From assembly GCA_963792075.1 (NCBI GenBank), contig CAWBUW010000002.1, positions 466,850 through 530,849 on the forward strand: DNA of 64,000 nucleotides, given 5' to 3'. This document shows positions 8,671 to 17,855 of this stretch, piece by piece; position 1 is the stretch's first letter, and each line of letters begins with the position of its first letter. The translations under genes were made by a program, and so were the position numbers. Under the pieces are notes generated by a model. The model ran no database searches and had not been told where the DNA came from. It saw nothing but the letters and a program-made list of their open reading frames with translations. The DNA is from an uncultured Chloroflexia bacterium (GTDB taxonomy: Bacteria; Chloroflexota; Anaerolineae; Anaerolineales; UBA4823).

Positions 8671-8710
8671 GAAGCGGGCATACCTGCCAGGTGTGCCCGC
8701 TTCTGTTTTA
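8671..8710 (+). terminator. intrinsic terminator
   Basis: 10-bp stem GAAGCGGGCA/TGCCCGCTTC, then TGTTTTA. Confidence 0.7.
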
Positions 8711-8712
8711 GT

Positions 8713-8803
8713 GGGAGCACTCAAAAGTTGTTGTAAAAGGGGGTTGTGTGCGGGCGGCGTAAGCCGTCCGCACACAACCCCCTAACAACCTTTTAGTGCA
8801 TCC
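8713..8803 (+). mobile_element. MITE-like palindromic element, family 2 (91 bp)
   Basis: Termini GGGAGCACTCAAAAG / CTTTTAGTGCATCC. 20-bp core stem at 8739-8782. Flanked by GTTTTAGT at 8705-8712 and 8804-8811. Confidence 0.6.
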
Positions 8804-8953
8804 GTTTTAGTAGGGGGGCTGGTGTTTCCCCTCAATTCTGAGATATAATCTTATTCCCGGAAGCCTACATTAAACAACTAAGATCAGCCTGCAGGATCAA
8901 GCGCTTCCGGGATGTTCCCTTTATCCTGCGGGGTTTTAAGAAGGAGAGGATTT

Positions 8954-10279
8954 ATGGAACCGATGAACCTGCCCGGCCCGAAGGCCCAGGCGCTTATTCA
9001 GCGCAGCAAAGCTGTCATTTCCCCGTCTTATGCGCGCGCTTACCCCTTTGTGATGGACCACGGGAAGGGTAGTTACGTGTGGGATGTGGATGGACACCAA
9101 TTCCTGGACTTTGCAGCCGGAATCGCGGTCAATTCGACCGGGCATTCCCATCCGAAAGTGGTGCAGGCAATCAAGGATCAATCAGAAAAATTCCTACACA
9201 TTTCCGCAGATTTTTACCACGAACCGTGGATCAAACTGGGCGAGATGCTGGATAATTCAGCGCCTTTCAAAGAAGACGCGGTTTCCTTTATGACCAATTC
9301 TGGCACCGAGAGTGTCGAAGCCGCAATCAAGCTCGCTCGCTTCAACACAGGCGCCGGCCAGTTCATTGGCTTCCTGGGCGCATTTCACGGGCGCACCCTG
9401 GGCTCGCTGACCTTTACCGCCAGTAAGCCGCACTATCGGGAAGGTTTCTACCCAATGATGGGCGGCGTGGTACACGTCCCTTACCCCAACGCATACCGCC
9501 CATTACTGTGCTCCCGCCCTGGTGAAGATTACGGCGAGGTAGTTGTGCGTTATATTGAGCAGCAGGTGTTTAGCCAGATCCTGCCACATCAGGAAGTAGC
9601 TGGCATTTTGGTAGAGACGATACAAGGGGAGGGTGGATATATTGTTCCTACACCTGGTTTCTACCCTGCGCTGCGCGAGCTGTGCAACCGGTTAGATATT
9701 TTGTTGATTGTAGACGAAGTGCAGTGCGGTATGGGACGTACCGGTAAAATGTGGGCGATTGAACATTTCGGCGTGGAGCCGGATATCGTCTGCTCGGGGA
9801 AAGGGATTGCCTCGGGCTTGCCCTTAGGCGCCATGATTGCCCGCAAGAGCATCGCCACCTGGCCGGCTGGCTCGCATGGTAACACATATGGTGGGAACCC
9901 CATCGCCAGCGTAGCCGCCATTGAGACGATTAACCTGATCCAGAACGAATACCTGGCCAACGCCACAGAAGTGGGGTCCTTTGCCCTGGGTGAGCTGCGC
10001 GAGATGCAGGCACGCCATCCATCGATTGGCGATGTGCGCGGCATTGGCTTGATGATTGGCGTGGAATTTGTCATGGATCGCGAGACCAAAGAACCTGGAC
10101 ACGACCTGGCTGAGCGTGTGTCCAATGAAGCTTTCCGGCGTGGCCTGCTTACCTTGACCTGTGGCAAGAGCTCTATTCGCATTTCACCTCCGCTGAACCT
10201 CAGCCGGCAGGAAATGGCTGACGGCCTCAAATTATTCGATGAGGCAATCAGCATCGCCGAAAAGGCTTATAACCTGTAA
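8954..10279 (+). CDS. class III PLP aminotransferase (4-aminobutyrate/ornithine aminotransferase-like)
   Basis: DEVQCGMGRTGKMWA motif. AAGGAGAGG lies before the ATG at 8954; the ORF track starts at 8912. Confidence 0.85.
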   Translation: MEPMNLPGPKAQALIQRSKAVISPSYARAYPFVMDHGKGSYVWDVDGHQFLDFAAGIAVNSTGHSHPKVVQAIKDQSEKFLHISADFYHEPWIKLGEMLDNSAPFKEDAVSFMTNSGTESVEAAIKLARFNTGAGQFIGFLGAFHGRTLGSLTFTASKPHYREGFYPMMGGVVHVPYPNAYRPLLCSRPGEDYGEVVVRYIEQQVFSQILPHQEVAGILVETIQGEGGYIVPTPGFYPALRELCNRLDILLIVDEVQCGMGRTGKMWAIEHFGVEPDIVCSGKGIASGLPLGAMIARKSIATWPAGSHGNTYGGNPIASVAAIETINLIQNEYLANATEVGSFALGELREMQARHPSIGDVRGIGLMIGVEFVMDRETKEPGHDLAERVSNEAFRRGLLTLTCGKSSIRISPPLNLSRQEMADGLKLFDEAISIAEKAYNL

Positions 10280-10280
10280 T

Positions 10281-11846
10281 ATGCTCCCCGATTTCCGCGT
10301 CCGCCAGCGCGATTACCTCCTGGAGATTAGCCGCATCCTGACCCAGGAATTAGACCTGGAGATATTGCTGCGCCGCATTCTCGATATCTCCGTTGAGATG
10401 CTGGCTGGGCAGGCTGGGCTGATTGTGCTGCGCGCAGCGCAGCGCTCTGCACAGGGCGGCTGGCGGGTGGCGGCAATCCACGGTATACCTGAGAGTGTCC
10501 TGCGCTATCTCGATCCGCTGTTGAGCGCCGTACCCGATCATGAAGACCCGCAGCGTTTTGAGCTGCCAGAAATCAACCGGGTATTGCAGCGCCTGACACA
10601 ACAGGTCAGCCTGGGGCTGTTGACGGGCGTGGGTTTGCCCCTGATCGCCCGCCAGCGCGTCATCGGGGTCATTTTCATCTTCCGTAGTTATCCGGGCGTG
10701 TTTTCCGCAAATGACCGCCTGTTGCTGCAAAGCTTTGCAGATCAGGCGGCCATTGCGGTGTACAACGCCATGCTTTACACCCAGGTGGCGCGCGAAAAGC
10801 AGCGCCTGGGCGCGCTGCTGGACTCGGCGGCAGACGGTATGCTGATACTCACGCCGGGGCATTCGGTGGAGCGCTGCAACCTGGCTTTCGCCCGTATGCT
10901 GGTGACAACCCCCAAAGCAATCGAAGGCCAGGATCATGCCCAGGTGATCCACCTGCTCAACCAGCAAAAAGGGATGACGCTGGAGAAGGCTGAGGCCGGG
11001 GGATGGCCGCTTTCGCCGAGTGCCACGCTGTACGTGGAAGGCGACTTAATGCGCACCGATGGCGTGCCGTTACCCGTGGGCATGACCTACGCGCCCCTGC
11101 TCTCGCCCGAAGGTAACCTGTTGAACATCATCGTAACCGTGCGGGATATCACTACCTTCCGCCAGGCCGAAGAGATCAAGACCACGTTTATCTCGGTGAT
11201 CGGCCATGAGCTGAAAACCCCCGTGGCTTTGATCAAGGGTTATGTTGGCACGCTGCGTCGCGAGGATGCTACCTGGGACCGGCAGGTTGTGCAGGAAAGC
11301 CTGGAAGTGATTGAAGAAGAGGCCGACCACCTGTCCGAGCTGATCGAGAACCTGTTGGATGCTTCGCGCTTGCAAGCGGGGGCTTTTAAGATCAACCAGG
11401 CGGACGTATCCCTGGACCGCGTGGCCGAACGCCTGGCAGAACGCTTCCGCACACAGACCAGCCGCCACGAAATAGTGGTAGACTTTCCGCAGAATTTTCC
11501 CGTGATCCTGGGAGACGAAGATCGCCTGGAGCAGGTGCTGGCCAACTTGATCTCGAACGCGATCAAGTATTCCCCGGAAGGCGGCGAAATCCGCATCCAG
11601 GGACAGGTCCGGCCTGACGAGGTGATCGTGTGCGTCAATGACCAGGGGCCGGGCGTAGCAGTGCAAGACGCACCACATATCTTTGACCGTTTTTACCGTT
11701 CGGCGAACGCCACTCGCACAATGAAAGGCGCTGGGCTGGGTTTGTACCTGGCCAAGGCTGTAGTGGAAGCTCATCGTGGGCGCATCTGGGTTGAACCCAG
11801 CGACGCCACGGGCGCGCACATTTGCTTTTCTCTGCCGCGTTCCTGA
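10281..11846 (+). CDS. sensor histidine kinase (GAF-PAS-HisKA-HATPase)
   Basis: H-box SVIGHELKTP plus G-boxes DQGPGV and GAGLGL. The ATG lies 1 nt after the upstream stop. Confidence 0.88.
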   Translation: MLPDFRVRQRDYLLEISRILTQELDLEILLRRILDISVEMLAGQAGLIVLRAAQRSAQGGWRVAAIHGIPESVLRYLDPLLSAVPDHEDPQRFELPEINRVLQRLTQQVSLGLLTGVGLPLIARQRVIGVIFIFRSYPGVFSANDRLLLQSFADQAAIAVYNAMLYTQVAREKQRLGALLDSAADGMLILTPGHSVERCNLAFARMLVTTPKAIEGQDHAQVIHLLNQQKGMTLEKAEAGGWPLSPSATLYVEGDLMRTDGVPLPVGMTYAPLLSPEGNLLNIIVTVRDITTFRQAEEIKTTFISVIGHELKTPVALIKGYVGTLRREDATWDRQVVQESLEVIEEEADHLSELIENLLDASRLQAGAFKINQADVSLDRVAERLAERFRTQTSRHEIVVDFPQNFPVILGDEDRLEQVLANLISNAIKYSPEGGEIRIQGQVRPDEVIVCVNDQGPGVAVQDAPHIFDRFYRSANATRTMKGAGLGLYLAKAVVEAHRGRIWVEPSDATGAHICFSLPRS

Positions 11847-11880
11847 GAGGTGAGCCAAATATTTATTTCAGGAGATTGGA

Positions 11881-13224
11881 ATGCCTAAAACCCGTATCAA
11901 TTGTCCGCAATGCCGCCAACCGATCGTGGCAGATATCAACCAGCTTTTCGATGCCGGAGTGGATCCACGCCAAAAGCAGATGCTTCTTTCCGGCCAGTTC
12001 AACCTGGCCCTGTGCCAGAACTGTGGCTACCAGGGTAACCTGGCGACGCCCATCGTCTATCATGACCCAGACAAAGAGCTGCTTTTAACCTACTTCCCGC
12101 CTGAACTGGGCCCGGTACAAGAACAAGAACGCATGATTGGCCCGCTGATCAAACAGGTAATGGACAGCCTGCCGCAGGAGAAGCGCAAAGGGTACCTGCT
12201 GCGCCCACAGAACATGTTCACAGTGCAGGCGCTGATCGAGCGCATCCTGGAGGGCGATGGGGTTACCAAAGAAATGATCCAGGAGCAGCAGAAGAAACTG
12301 GCTTTGCTGCAGCGATTGATGAGTGCAACCGACGAAACCCTGGCAGAGATCGCCAAGACGGATGATAAATTGATGGATGGTGACTTCTTTGCACTGCTCG
12401 GCCGGCTGGGGGAGGCCGCGGTCATGTCGGGTGACCAGAATGCTGCTACACGCCTGGGCGAGCTGCAGCAGAAGCTGGTGGAATTGACCACCTATGGGAA
12501 ACAGGTGAAAGATCAGAACGCGGAAGTAGAAGCTGCAGTCCAAACGCTGCAGAAAGTTGGCCGTGAGCTGACGCGTGAAAAACTAATCGAGCTATTCCTG
12601 AATGCTCCGAACGATACGCGCCTGAGCGTGATGGCTTCGCTGACCCGCCAGGGATTGGATTATGAGTTCTTCCAACTGCTAAGTGGGAAAATCGATGCGG
12701 CTCAGGGTGAGCAGCGTGAGCAGTTGCTTGCATTGCGGAAGAAACTGTTGGATATCACCCAGGCAGTGGATCAACAGATGGAAGCGCGTCTGAAGCTGGC
12801 ACGCCAGAATTTGCAGGAGCTGCTCAAAGCCCCCGACGTAGCTGTAGCAACACAGCAAAACCTGGGAGCGATTGATGAGTTCTTTATGCGCGTGTTGAAC
12901 GAGGAAATGGAGGCGGCACGCAAAGCAGCCGACCTGGGTCGTATCGCTGAGCTTCAAAAGATTGCCAACGTGCTCGAACAAGCCGCTCAGCCGCCGGCAG
13001 AGGTGCAGTTGATTGAGGACCTGCTCAGCGCTGAGGATGAAAAAAGTCTACAGGCCCTACTCGAAGCGAATAAGGATACGATCGTCGCGCCAGAGTTTGT
13101 GGAAACACTGACAGCCCTGGTGGGGCAGTTGGGCGAAAGCAGCGATCAGCCGCAGGAAGTCAAAGACCACCTGCAGCGGGTCTTCGAGGCGGTGCTGCAG
13201 TTCAGCATGCAAGCCAAAATGTAA
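11881..13224 (+). CDS. CpXC-domain protein with a long helical C-terminal region
   Basis: N-terminal CPQC...CQNCG zinc-ribbon-like pair. AGGAG before the ATG. Confidence 0.7.
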   Translation: MPKTRINCPQCRQPIVADINQLFDAGVDPRQKQMLLSGQFNLALCQNCGYQGNLATPIVYHDPDKELLLTYFPPELGPVQEQERMIGPLIKQVMDSLPQEKRKGYLLRPQNMFTVQALIERILEGDGVTKEMIQEQQKKLALLQRLMSATDETLAEIAKTDDKLMDGDFFALLGRLGEAAVMSGDQNAATRLGELQQKLVELTTYGKQVKDQNAEVEAAVQTLQKVGRELTREKLIELFLNAPNDTRLSVMASLTRQGLDYEFFQLLSGKIDAAQGEQREQLLALRKKLLDITQAVDQQMEARLKLARQNLQELLKAPDVAVATQQNLGAIDEFFMRVLNEEMEAARKAADLGRIAELQKIANVLEQAAQPPAEVQLIEDLLSAEDEKSLQALLEANKDTIVAPEFVETLTALVGQLGESSDQPQEVKDHLQRVFEAVLQFSMQAKM

Positions 13225-13238
13225 TATTAAAACGAAGT

Positions 13239-13296
13239 ATGCACACCTGTGATGTTGCTGCCGCGCACCAACATCACAGGTGTGCATTTATTTTTA
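13239..13296. terminator. bidirectional intrinsic terminator between convergent genes
   Basis: 19-bp perfect stem ATGCACACCTGTGATGTTG/CAACATCACAGGTGTGCAT, with TTATTTTTAAT downstream and an A-rich tract upstream. Confidence 0.7.
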
Positions 13297-13979
13297 ATAC
13301 TCTACCGGTGGGTTATCCAGGCGCAGGCCGTGGCCTCGGATGGTGGTAATGTAAGCATGCGCCGAATTGATCGCGGCCAGGCGGTCGCGCAGGCGGCGGA
13401 TGAGGGCGTCCAGCGCCTGTTCCGAGACGCCCACGGCATCATCTTCTCCCCAGACCTGTTCCACCAACTCGGTGCGTGTGACGACCCGGCCCTGGCGGTC
13501 ATACAAGAGCTCCAGCATTTGGAACTGGGAAACAGAGAGAGGGGCAGCAGCTCCCGGTCCATCACCCACACGCGGTGCGAACGTTTGTCCATACGCAGCC
13601 GGTATTCAATGGTTGGAGCGGGCTCTGCATTTTCCTGGGGAGGCTTTATTTCAAGCGGCAGCGTCGCATCTGAGCTGAGGTAAACGAACTCCTGTGCCAG
13701 GGCTACCTGGATGACATCGCCGTCCTGGAGCAACACCGGGTCTACGACGACTTCGCCGTTGCAATGGGTGCCATTTTTGCTGCCCAGATCCTCCAACAAA
13801 GTGCCATCTGCTCCGGGAGTCAGGCGGGCATGATAGCGAGAGACCTGGCGGTTGGGGATCACGATCTGGCAAGTGTCTTCGCGTCCCAGGACGATCTCGC
13901 GGTTTAACATCCAGCGCTGCCCGTTGAGCGGCCCTGTTTGGGCTACCAATGTGGGGAGATCTTCGCTCTTTCGCGCCAT
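13294..13979 (-). pseudogene. FHA-domain plus OmpR/PhoB-type winged-helix regulator, frame-disrupted (possibly a sequencing indel)
   Basis: The FHA signature (GR...SRYHARL...SKNGT) lies in one frame and the Trans_reg_C-like part (LSVSQFQMLELL...TIRGHGLRL) in another. The junction is at the (AG)4/G4 run, 13534-13544. Confidence 0.75.
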
Positions 13980-13996
13980 TTAAACCCTCCAGCGGG

Positions 13997-14006
13997 TATA
14001 ATATCA
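13997..14006. promoter_or_regulatory. overlapping divergent -10 boxes
   Basis: TATAAT on the plus strand (toward the kinase) overlaps TGATATTAT on the minus strand (toward the FHA gene, which has GGAGGG before its ATG). Confidence 0.3.
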
Positions 14007-14034
14007 TAAAATAGAATAAGATTGTTGGTAATCT

Positions 14035-15024
14035 ATGCCCGCGCCGCTTAAATCAGGAGAAGTACTGAGGAATCGCTATCAGATACGCCGCATCATCGGG
14101 CAAGGAGGCATGGGAAGTATATACCTGGCGGACGACCAACGCCTGGAAGGCCGCCAGTGTGCACTTAAAGAAGTAGATCACGACCGGTCACTCCCCCCGG
14201 AGATGCTGCGCCAGGCTCGCGAACAATTCTTGCGCGAAGCTACTGTTTTAGCGCGCCTGGACCATCCCAACTTACCCAAAGTATCGGATTATTTCTCAAT
14301 CGGCACCAGAGATTACCTGGTGATGGATTATGTCCCAGGGAAAGATCTGCGCACTTTGATGCTGGAAGCGAAGCAGTCCAGAACATTTTTGCCGGAGAGT
14401 GAAGTGCTTGCCTGGGCTAACCAACTGGCAGATGCACTGAGCTACCTGCACAGCCAGGAACCGCCCATCCTGCACCGCGATATCAAACCTGGCAACCTCA
14501 AGCTAACCCCCAGCGGGCTGCTCAAACTGGTGGACTTTGGCCTGGTCAAGATCCTGGCTTCAGATGATGTCACGATCACCGTGCTGCAGGGCCGTGGCAC
14601 GGCGCTGTACACGCCTTTGGAACAATACGGGGGAGACGCCGGGCATACCGATGCTCGCAGCGACATTTATTCGTTTGGCGCTACTCTTTACCACTTGCTG
14701 ACCAACCAGCCCCCGCAAGAAGCACGCGAGCGCTTTCTGCTGCCCGAAAGCATGGAACTCATCCGGCAGATCAACCCTGTGGTCAGCCCGCGTACGGAGC
14801 GAGCCGTCTTATGGGCGCTGAGCCTGCATCCAGATGACCGTCCAAAAGATGTGGAGGCGCTGCGCCAGGCGCTGTTGGGTAATTGGTCCCCGCCAGTCCG
14901 GCCTTATCGCCCTGCGCCGCCTCCCAAGCTGGCCGAAATCCTGGCGTCACCGGTGGAACGAGCCTTGCTCTGGGTTTCTGCAGGGTTGCTGGTCTTTTCG
15001 CTCCTGGTCACGCTGCTCCACTAG
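14035..15024 (+). CDS. Ser/Thr protein kinase with a C-terminal TM anchor
   Basis: [11 protein letters not shown] catalytic loop and DFGLVK motif. Pro-rich linker followed by one C-terminal TM helix. Confidence 0.9.
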   Translation: MPAPLKSGEVLRNRYQIRRIIGQGGMGSIYLADDQRLEGRQCALKEVDHDRSLPPEMLRQAREQFLREATVLARLDHPNLPKVSDYFSIGTRDYLVMDYVPGKDLRTLMLEAKQSRTFLPESEVLAWANQLADALSYLHSQEPPILHRDIKPGNLKLTPSGLLKLVDFGLVKILASDDVTITVLQGRGTALYTPLEQYGGDAGHTDARSDIYSFGATLYHLLTNQPPQEARERFLLPESMELIRQINPVVSPRTERAVLWALSLHPDDRPKDVEALRQALLGNWSPPVRPYRPAPPPKLAEILASPVERALLWVSAGLLVFSLLVTLLH

Positions 15025-15049
15025 ACAGGGCAGGTGACAGTTCCCTGTG

Positions 15050-17851
15050 CTACAGGTTGCGTAAGACGCCTTGCTGCCCCAAGAACCGCCATAACCAGGC
15101 GGCGCTCCCGCCCAACACAGCTCCACACAAAACCACCAGGATCACTCCCCAAACGCCCGCTGCCTCCAGCAGAGCTGGAGTGCCGGGCACCTGCAGCGCC
15201 AGCAGCGCATAGGCCAACGACCCTCCGATCAGAGCCAGGAAAGCAGAGCGGATCCCCCAGCGCAGGTCGACGCGCATCATCAAAGTGTAAGCGCCGGCCG
15301 CTGCAGCCGCAGCCACCAGCAGGCTGGTCAGCCAATCCGTAAAACCGGTGGTACGAGGGGGCAGCGGTTCTGGCGTGGGCGTCAGGACAGCCACCTCAGT
15401 CGGGGTAACAGTCGGCTCAGGTGTGGGAGTTTGCGTGGGCTCGATTGTTGCAGTTAGCCCTATGGTTGGGGTGACATTTTCAGGGGGCACGACAAACTGC
15501 AAGACCCCCGACTGCCGGGCCGGGTCACTTTCCACCCGGATCTCGATATCTCCCGTGCTGTCTATCCGGAAAGTAGCCCGGGCCACGCCTTGCACGGTCT
15601 GTGCCTCGATTTGCTGCATTGTCCCGCTGTCCCGCCCGGGGGAAAGGATAAAGCGAACGATCGTGCCATCCGGAACTATGTGCCCATTATGATCCAGGAT
15701 CGTTCCGGCGCGCACGGATACCGGGTCTCCCAGGCGTAACAGGGAGAGTGCAACGGCGGGTTCGGCGGTGGGTGTCCCCATCTCTCCGATGGCAGCCATG
15801 TCCAGCACTAACGGGATTACCTGGTTCGGGTCAGGAAAAGTCATGCTGTTCAGGTCGTAACCCACGCTCGGGACAGAAACGGGCAGGTTCCCCTCTGGCT
15901 GGATCTCCTGGAAAAGGATGCGCGCGGCCAGTTCAATGAACTGAGGGGAACGACTGTATAGGGCGTAGTAGGCGCTCAACTTTGATACTTCGGTCGCATC
16001 CAGATAATACGGAGCATTGAAGGCAAAGACCACCACCCGTTTCCCTTGGATCAGATCGGGGCGTTCGTCCAGGAAGCGGCGTAGGGCCAGCGAAGAGGGT
16101 ATATTCGGTGAGACATCCAGCATCGAAAACACCAGCCATTCGGCTTGCATGATGTCTTGTTCGATCTGCAGTTGTCCGGTGCCAGTGTCCAGCAGTTGTC
16201 TCAATTCATCAAAAGCATAGGACTTGAGGTTGCGCGGCAGGATGGCGCCGCCTACCTGTGGGCTGTACAGGCGTACCACTGCTTGTTCCAGTGCATTGAT
16301 GGCGACGGATTGCTCTTGAACGCAGCCGCTGCATGGCTGGTACAGGCGTGTATCGGTGATAAAGACGATCTGATCATTTGTCCCTGGCAGCGTGGTATCC
16401 AGTTCGGATGGCAGTGGGCTGATCAAGGTAGCCGATTGGCGGGCAACATCGAATACAACCTGGCGACCGGCGCCAACCTGGTTGGCCTGGGCCGTGTCGG
16501 GCAGGGTTTCGTTAAAGACGAAACGGCCGCCAAAAATACGATATTTGAGTGTCAGGATGCGCAGCACCGAAGCGTCTACTCGCTGGGCGAAAGCATCGTC
16601 CTCGCGGTATTTCAGGGCAAAAGAGTCCAGTGTGCGGGTAATGGTTGTGAAAGCATCCGGATCGCTGGAAGAGACGAAATTGTCCAACAAGAGCAGATCA
16701 TTGCCGGCCAGGAAGGCTTCTAGCGCGACGGCACGGCCATTGAAGGTCTGGCCGGTCGGATCGTAGAACCGGCGCACTGCCCGGCTGCCCAGGCTGTCGC
16801 TGATCATCACCCCGCCCTGGTCGCGCCAACTGCTGAGCTCAGGTAGTGACATCAAATTAGAAAAAGCCTGTGGGTCAAAGCTGACCGGTTTGGTCGTACG
16901 GCGGAAGTTTTCCTGGAAGCCCTGGTAACGAATGTGGGCGGTAACCAGTGCATCCACTGTAGATTCAGGTGTAGTTGCGCGGCCCGTCACAGAAAAAAAT
17001 GGGAATAGCTCGAATTGTTTGAGCTGTTCCAGGGTTTTGCGCACGGTAGCAACTTCATCTTCGGGCAGGCGGTCGGAACCACCGAACCCAGGGAAATGTT
17101 TGCCGGCTACGGCGATGCGGCTGTTGCTGCCCTGGTGTAGACCGGTGATGTAAGCCCGTGCCATTTCGCCCACCCAATACGGATCGCCACCAAAGGTACG
17201 GATGCCCAGGTCACTGCCGTTCTCTGAGAAAGGTGGTTCGAGCACATCCAACGAAGGACCCAGGAACAAATTGAAGCCCAGGATGGACAGCTCCTTGCCC
17301 ATCACTTCCCCGGTGCGCCTGGCCAGCTCTGGCTGCCAGGTCGCTCCGAGTGACATCTGGTCGGGCAGTTGGGTCACGCCACCCAGGATCTGGTCATAGG
17401 GGTACCCATCGCCATCTTGGGAGACTCCAATCAAGAGCGGGACGAAGGCGGGGAAGAAGGTCCCAACGCCTCCGGGTATGTCTTGCTGGTTCAAAGAGGA
17501 GCTGTATTCATCGCGCTGCAGTTGATCGGTCAGGCTCATTAAGATCGGGACAGTCTGGTCACTCCCGACAAAGTTATCGTTCTCGGCTTTCAGCATCACA
17601 CCGCCGATATGATATTGGGTGATAAATTCATAGATCTGATTCGCGTCCGGCGTGCCCAAGGCAGCTTCAGGCCCTTTGAAAGTTACCAGGAAAAGCTGCC
17701 CAACTCGTTCTTCGGGGGTCAGTGTATCTAACAGCGCCTGAGCCTGTTCCTGTGGAGTCACCGTCTGGGTAGATGGTGTGGCCTGCACTGGCAGCGCAGA
17801 GAGCAGCAGCAGGCAGAGCAGGAAGAGGGAATACAGCCGGCGGAAACGCAT
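15050..17851 (-). CDS. glycoside hydrolase family 3 (NagZ-like) with signal peptide and C-terminal TM helices
   Basis: KHFPGFGGSDR motif, a Thr/Pro linker, then hydrophobic C-terminal helices. Confidence 0.85.
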   Translation of the reverse strand: MRFRRLYSLFLLCLLLLSALPVQATPSTQTVTPQEQAQALLDTLTPEERVGQLFLVTFKGPEAALGTPDANQIYEFITQYHIGGVMLKAENDNFVGSDQTVPILMSLTDQLQRDEYSSSLNQQDIPGGVGTFFPAFVPLLIGVSQDGDGYPYDQILGGVTQLPDQMSLGATWQPELARRTGEVMGKELSILGFNLFLGPSLDVLEPPFSENGSDLGIRTFGGDPYWVGEMARAYITGLHQGSNSRIAVAGKHFPGFGGSDRLPEDEVATVRKTLEQLKQFELFPFFSVTGRATTPESTVDALVTAHIRYQGFQENFRRTTKPVSFDPQAFSNLMSLPELSSWRDQGGVMISDSLGSRAVRRFYDPTGQTFNGRAVALEAFLAGNDLLLLDNFVSSSDPDAFTTITRTLDSFALKYREDDAFAQRVDASVLRILTLKYRIFGGRFVFNETLPDTAQANQVGAGRQVVFDVARQSATLISPLPSELDTTLPGTNDQIVFITDTRLYQPCSGCVQEQSVAINALEQAVVRLYSPQVGGAILPRNLKSYAFDELRQLLDTGTGQLQIEQDIMQAEWLVFSMLDVSPNIPSSLALRRFLDERPDLIQGKRVVVFAFNAPYYLDATEVSKLSAYYALYSRSPQFIELAARILFQEIQPEGNLPVSVPSVGYDLNSMTFPDPNQVIPLVLDMAAIGEMGTPTAEPAVALSLLRLGDPVSVRAGTILDHNGHIVPDGTIVRFILSPGRDSGTMQQIEAQTVQGVARATFRIDSTGDIEIRVESDPARQSGVLQFVVPPENVTPTIGLTATIEPTQTPTPEPTVTPTEVAVLTPTPEPLPPRTTGFTDWLTSLLVAAAAAAGAYTLMMRVDLRWGIRSAFLALIGGSLAYALLALQVPGTPALLEAAGVWGVILVVLCGAVLGGSAAWLWRFLGQQGVLRNL

Positions 17852-17855
17852 ACCT

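Noticed and set aside
8811-8953. 9-bp stem CCCGGAAGC/GCTTCCGGG with a 38-nt loop in the aminotransferase leader, considered as a possible riboswitch
   Set aside because: It has no resemblance to any riboswitch class I can recall and no terminator or RBS-sequestering partner. A single stem is insufficient evidence.
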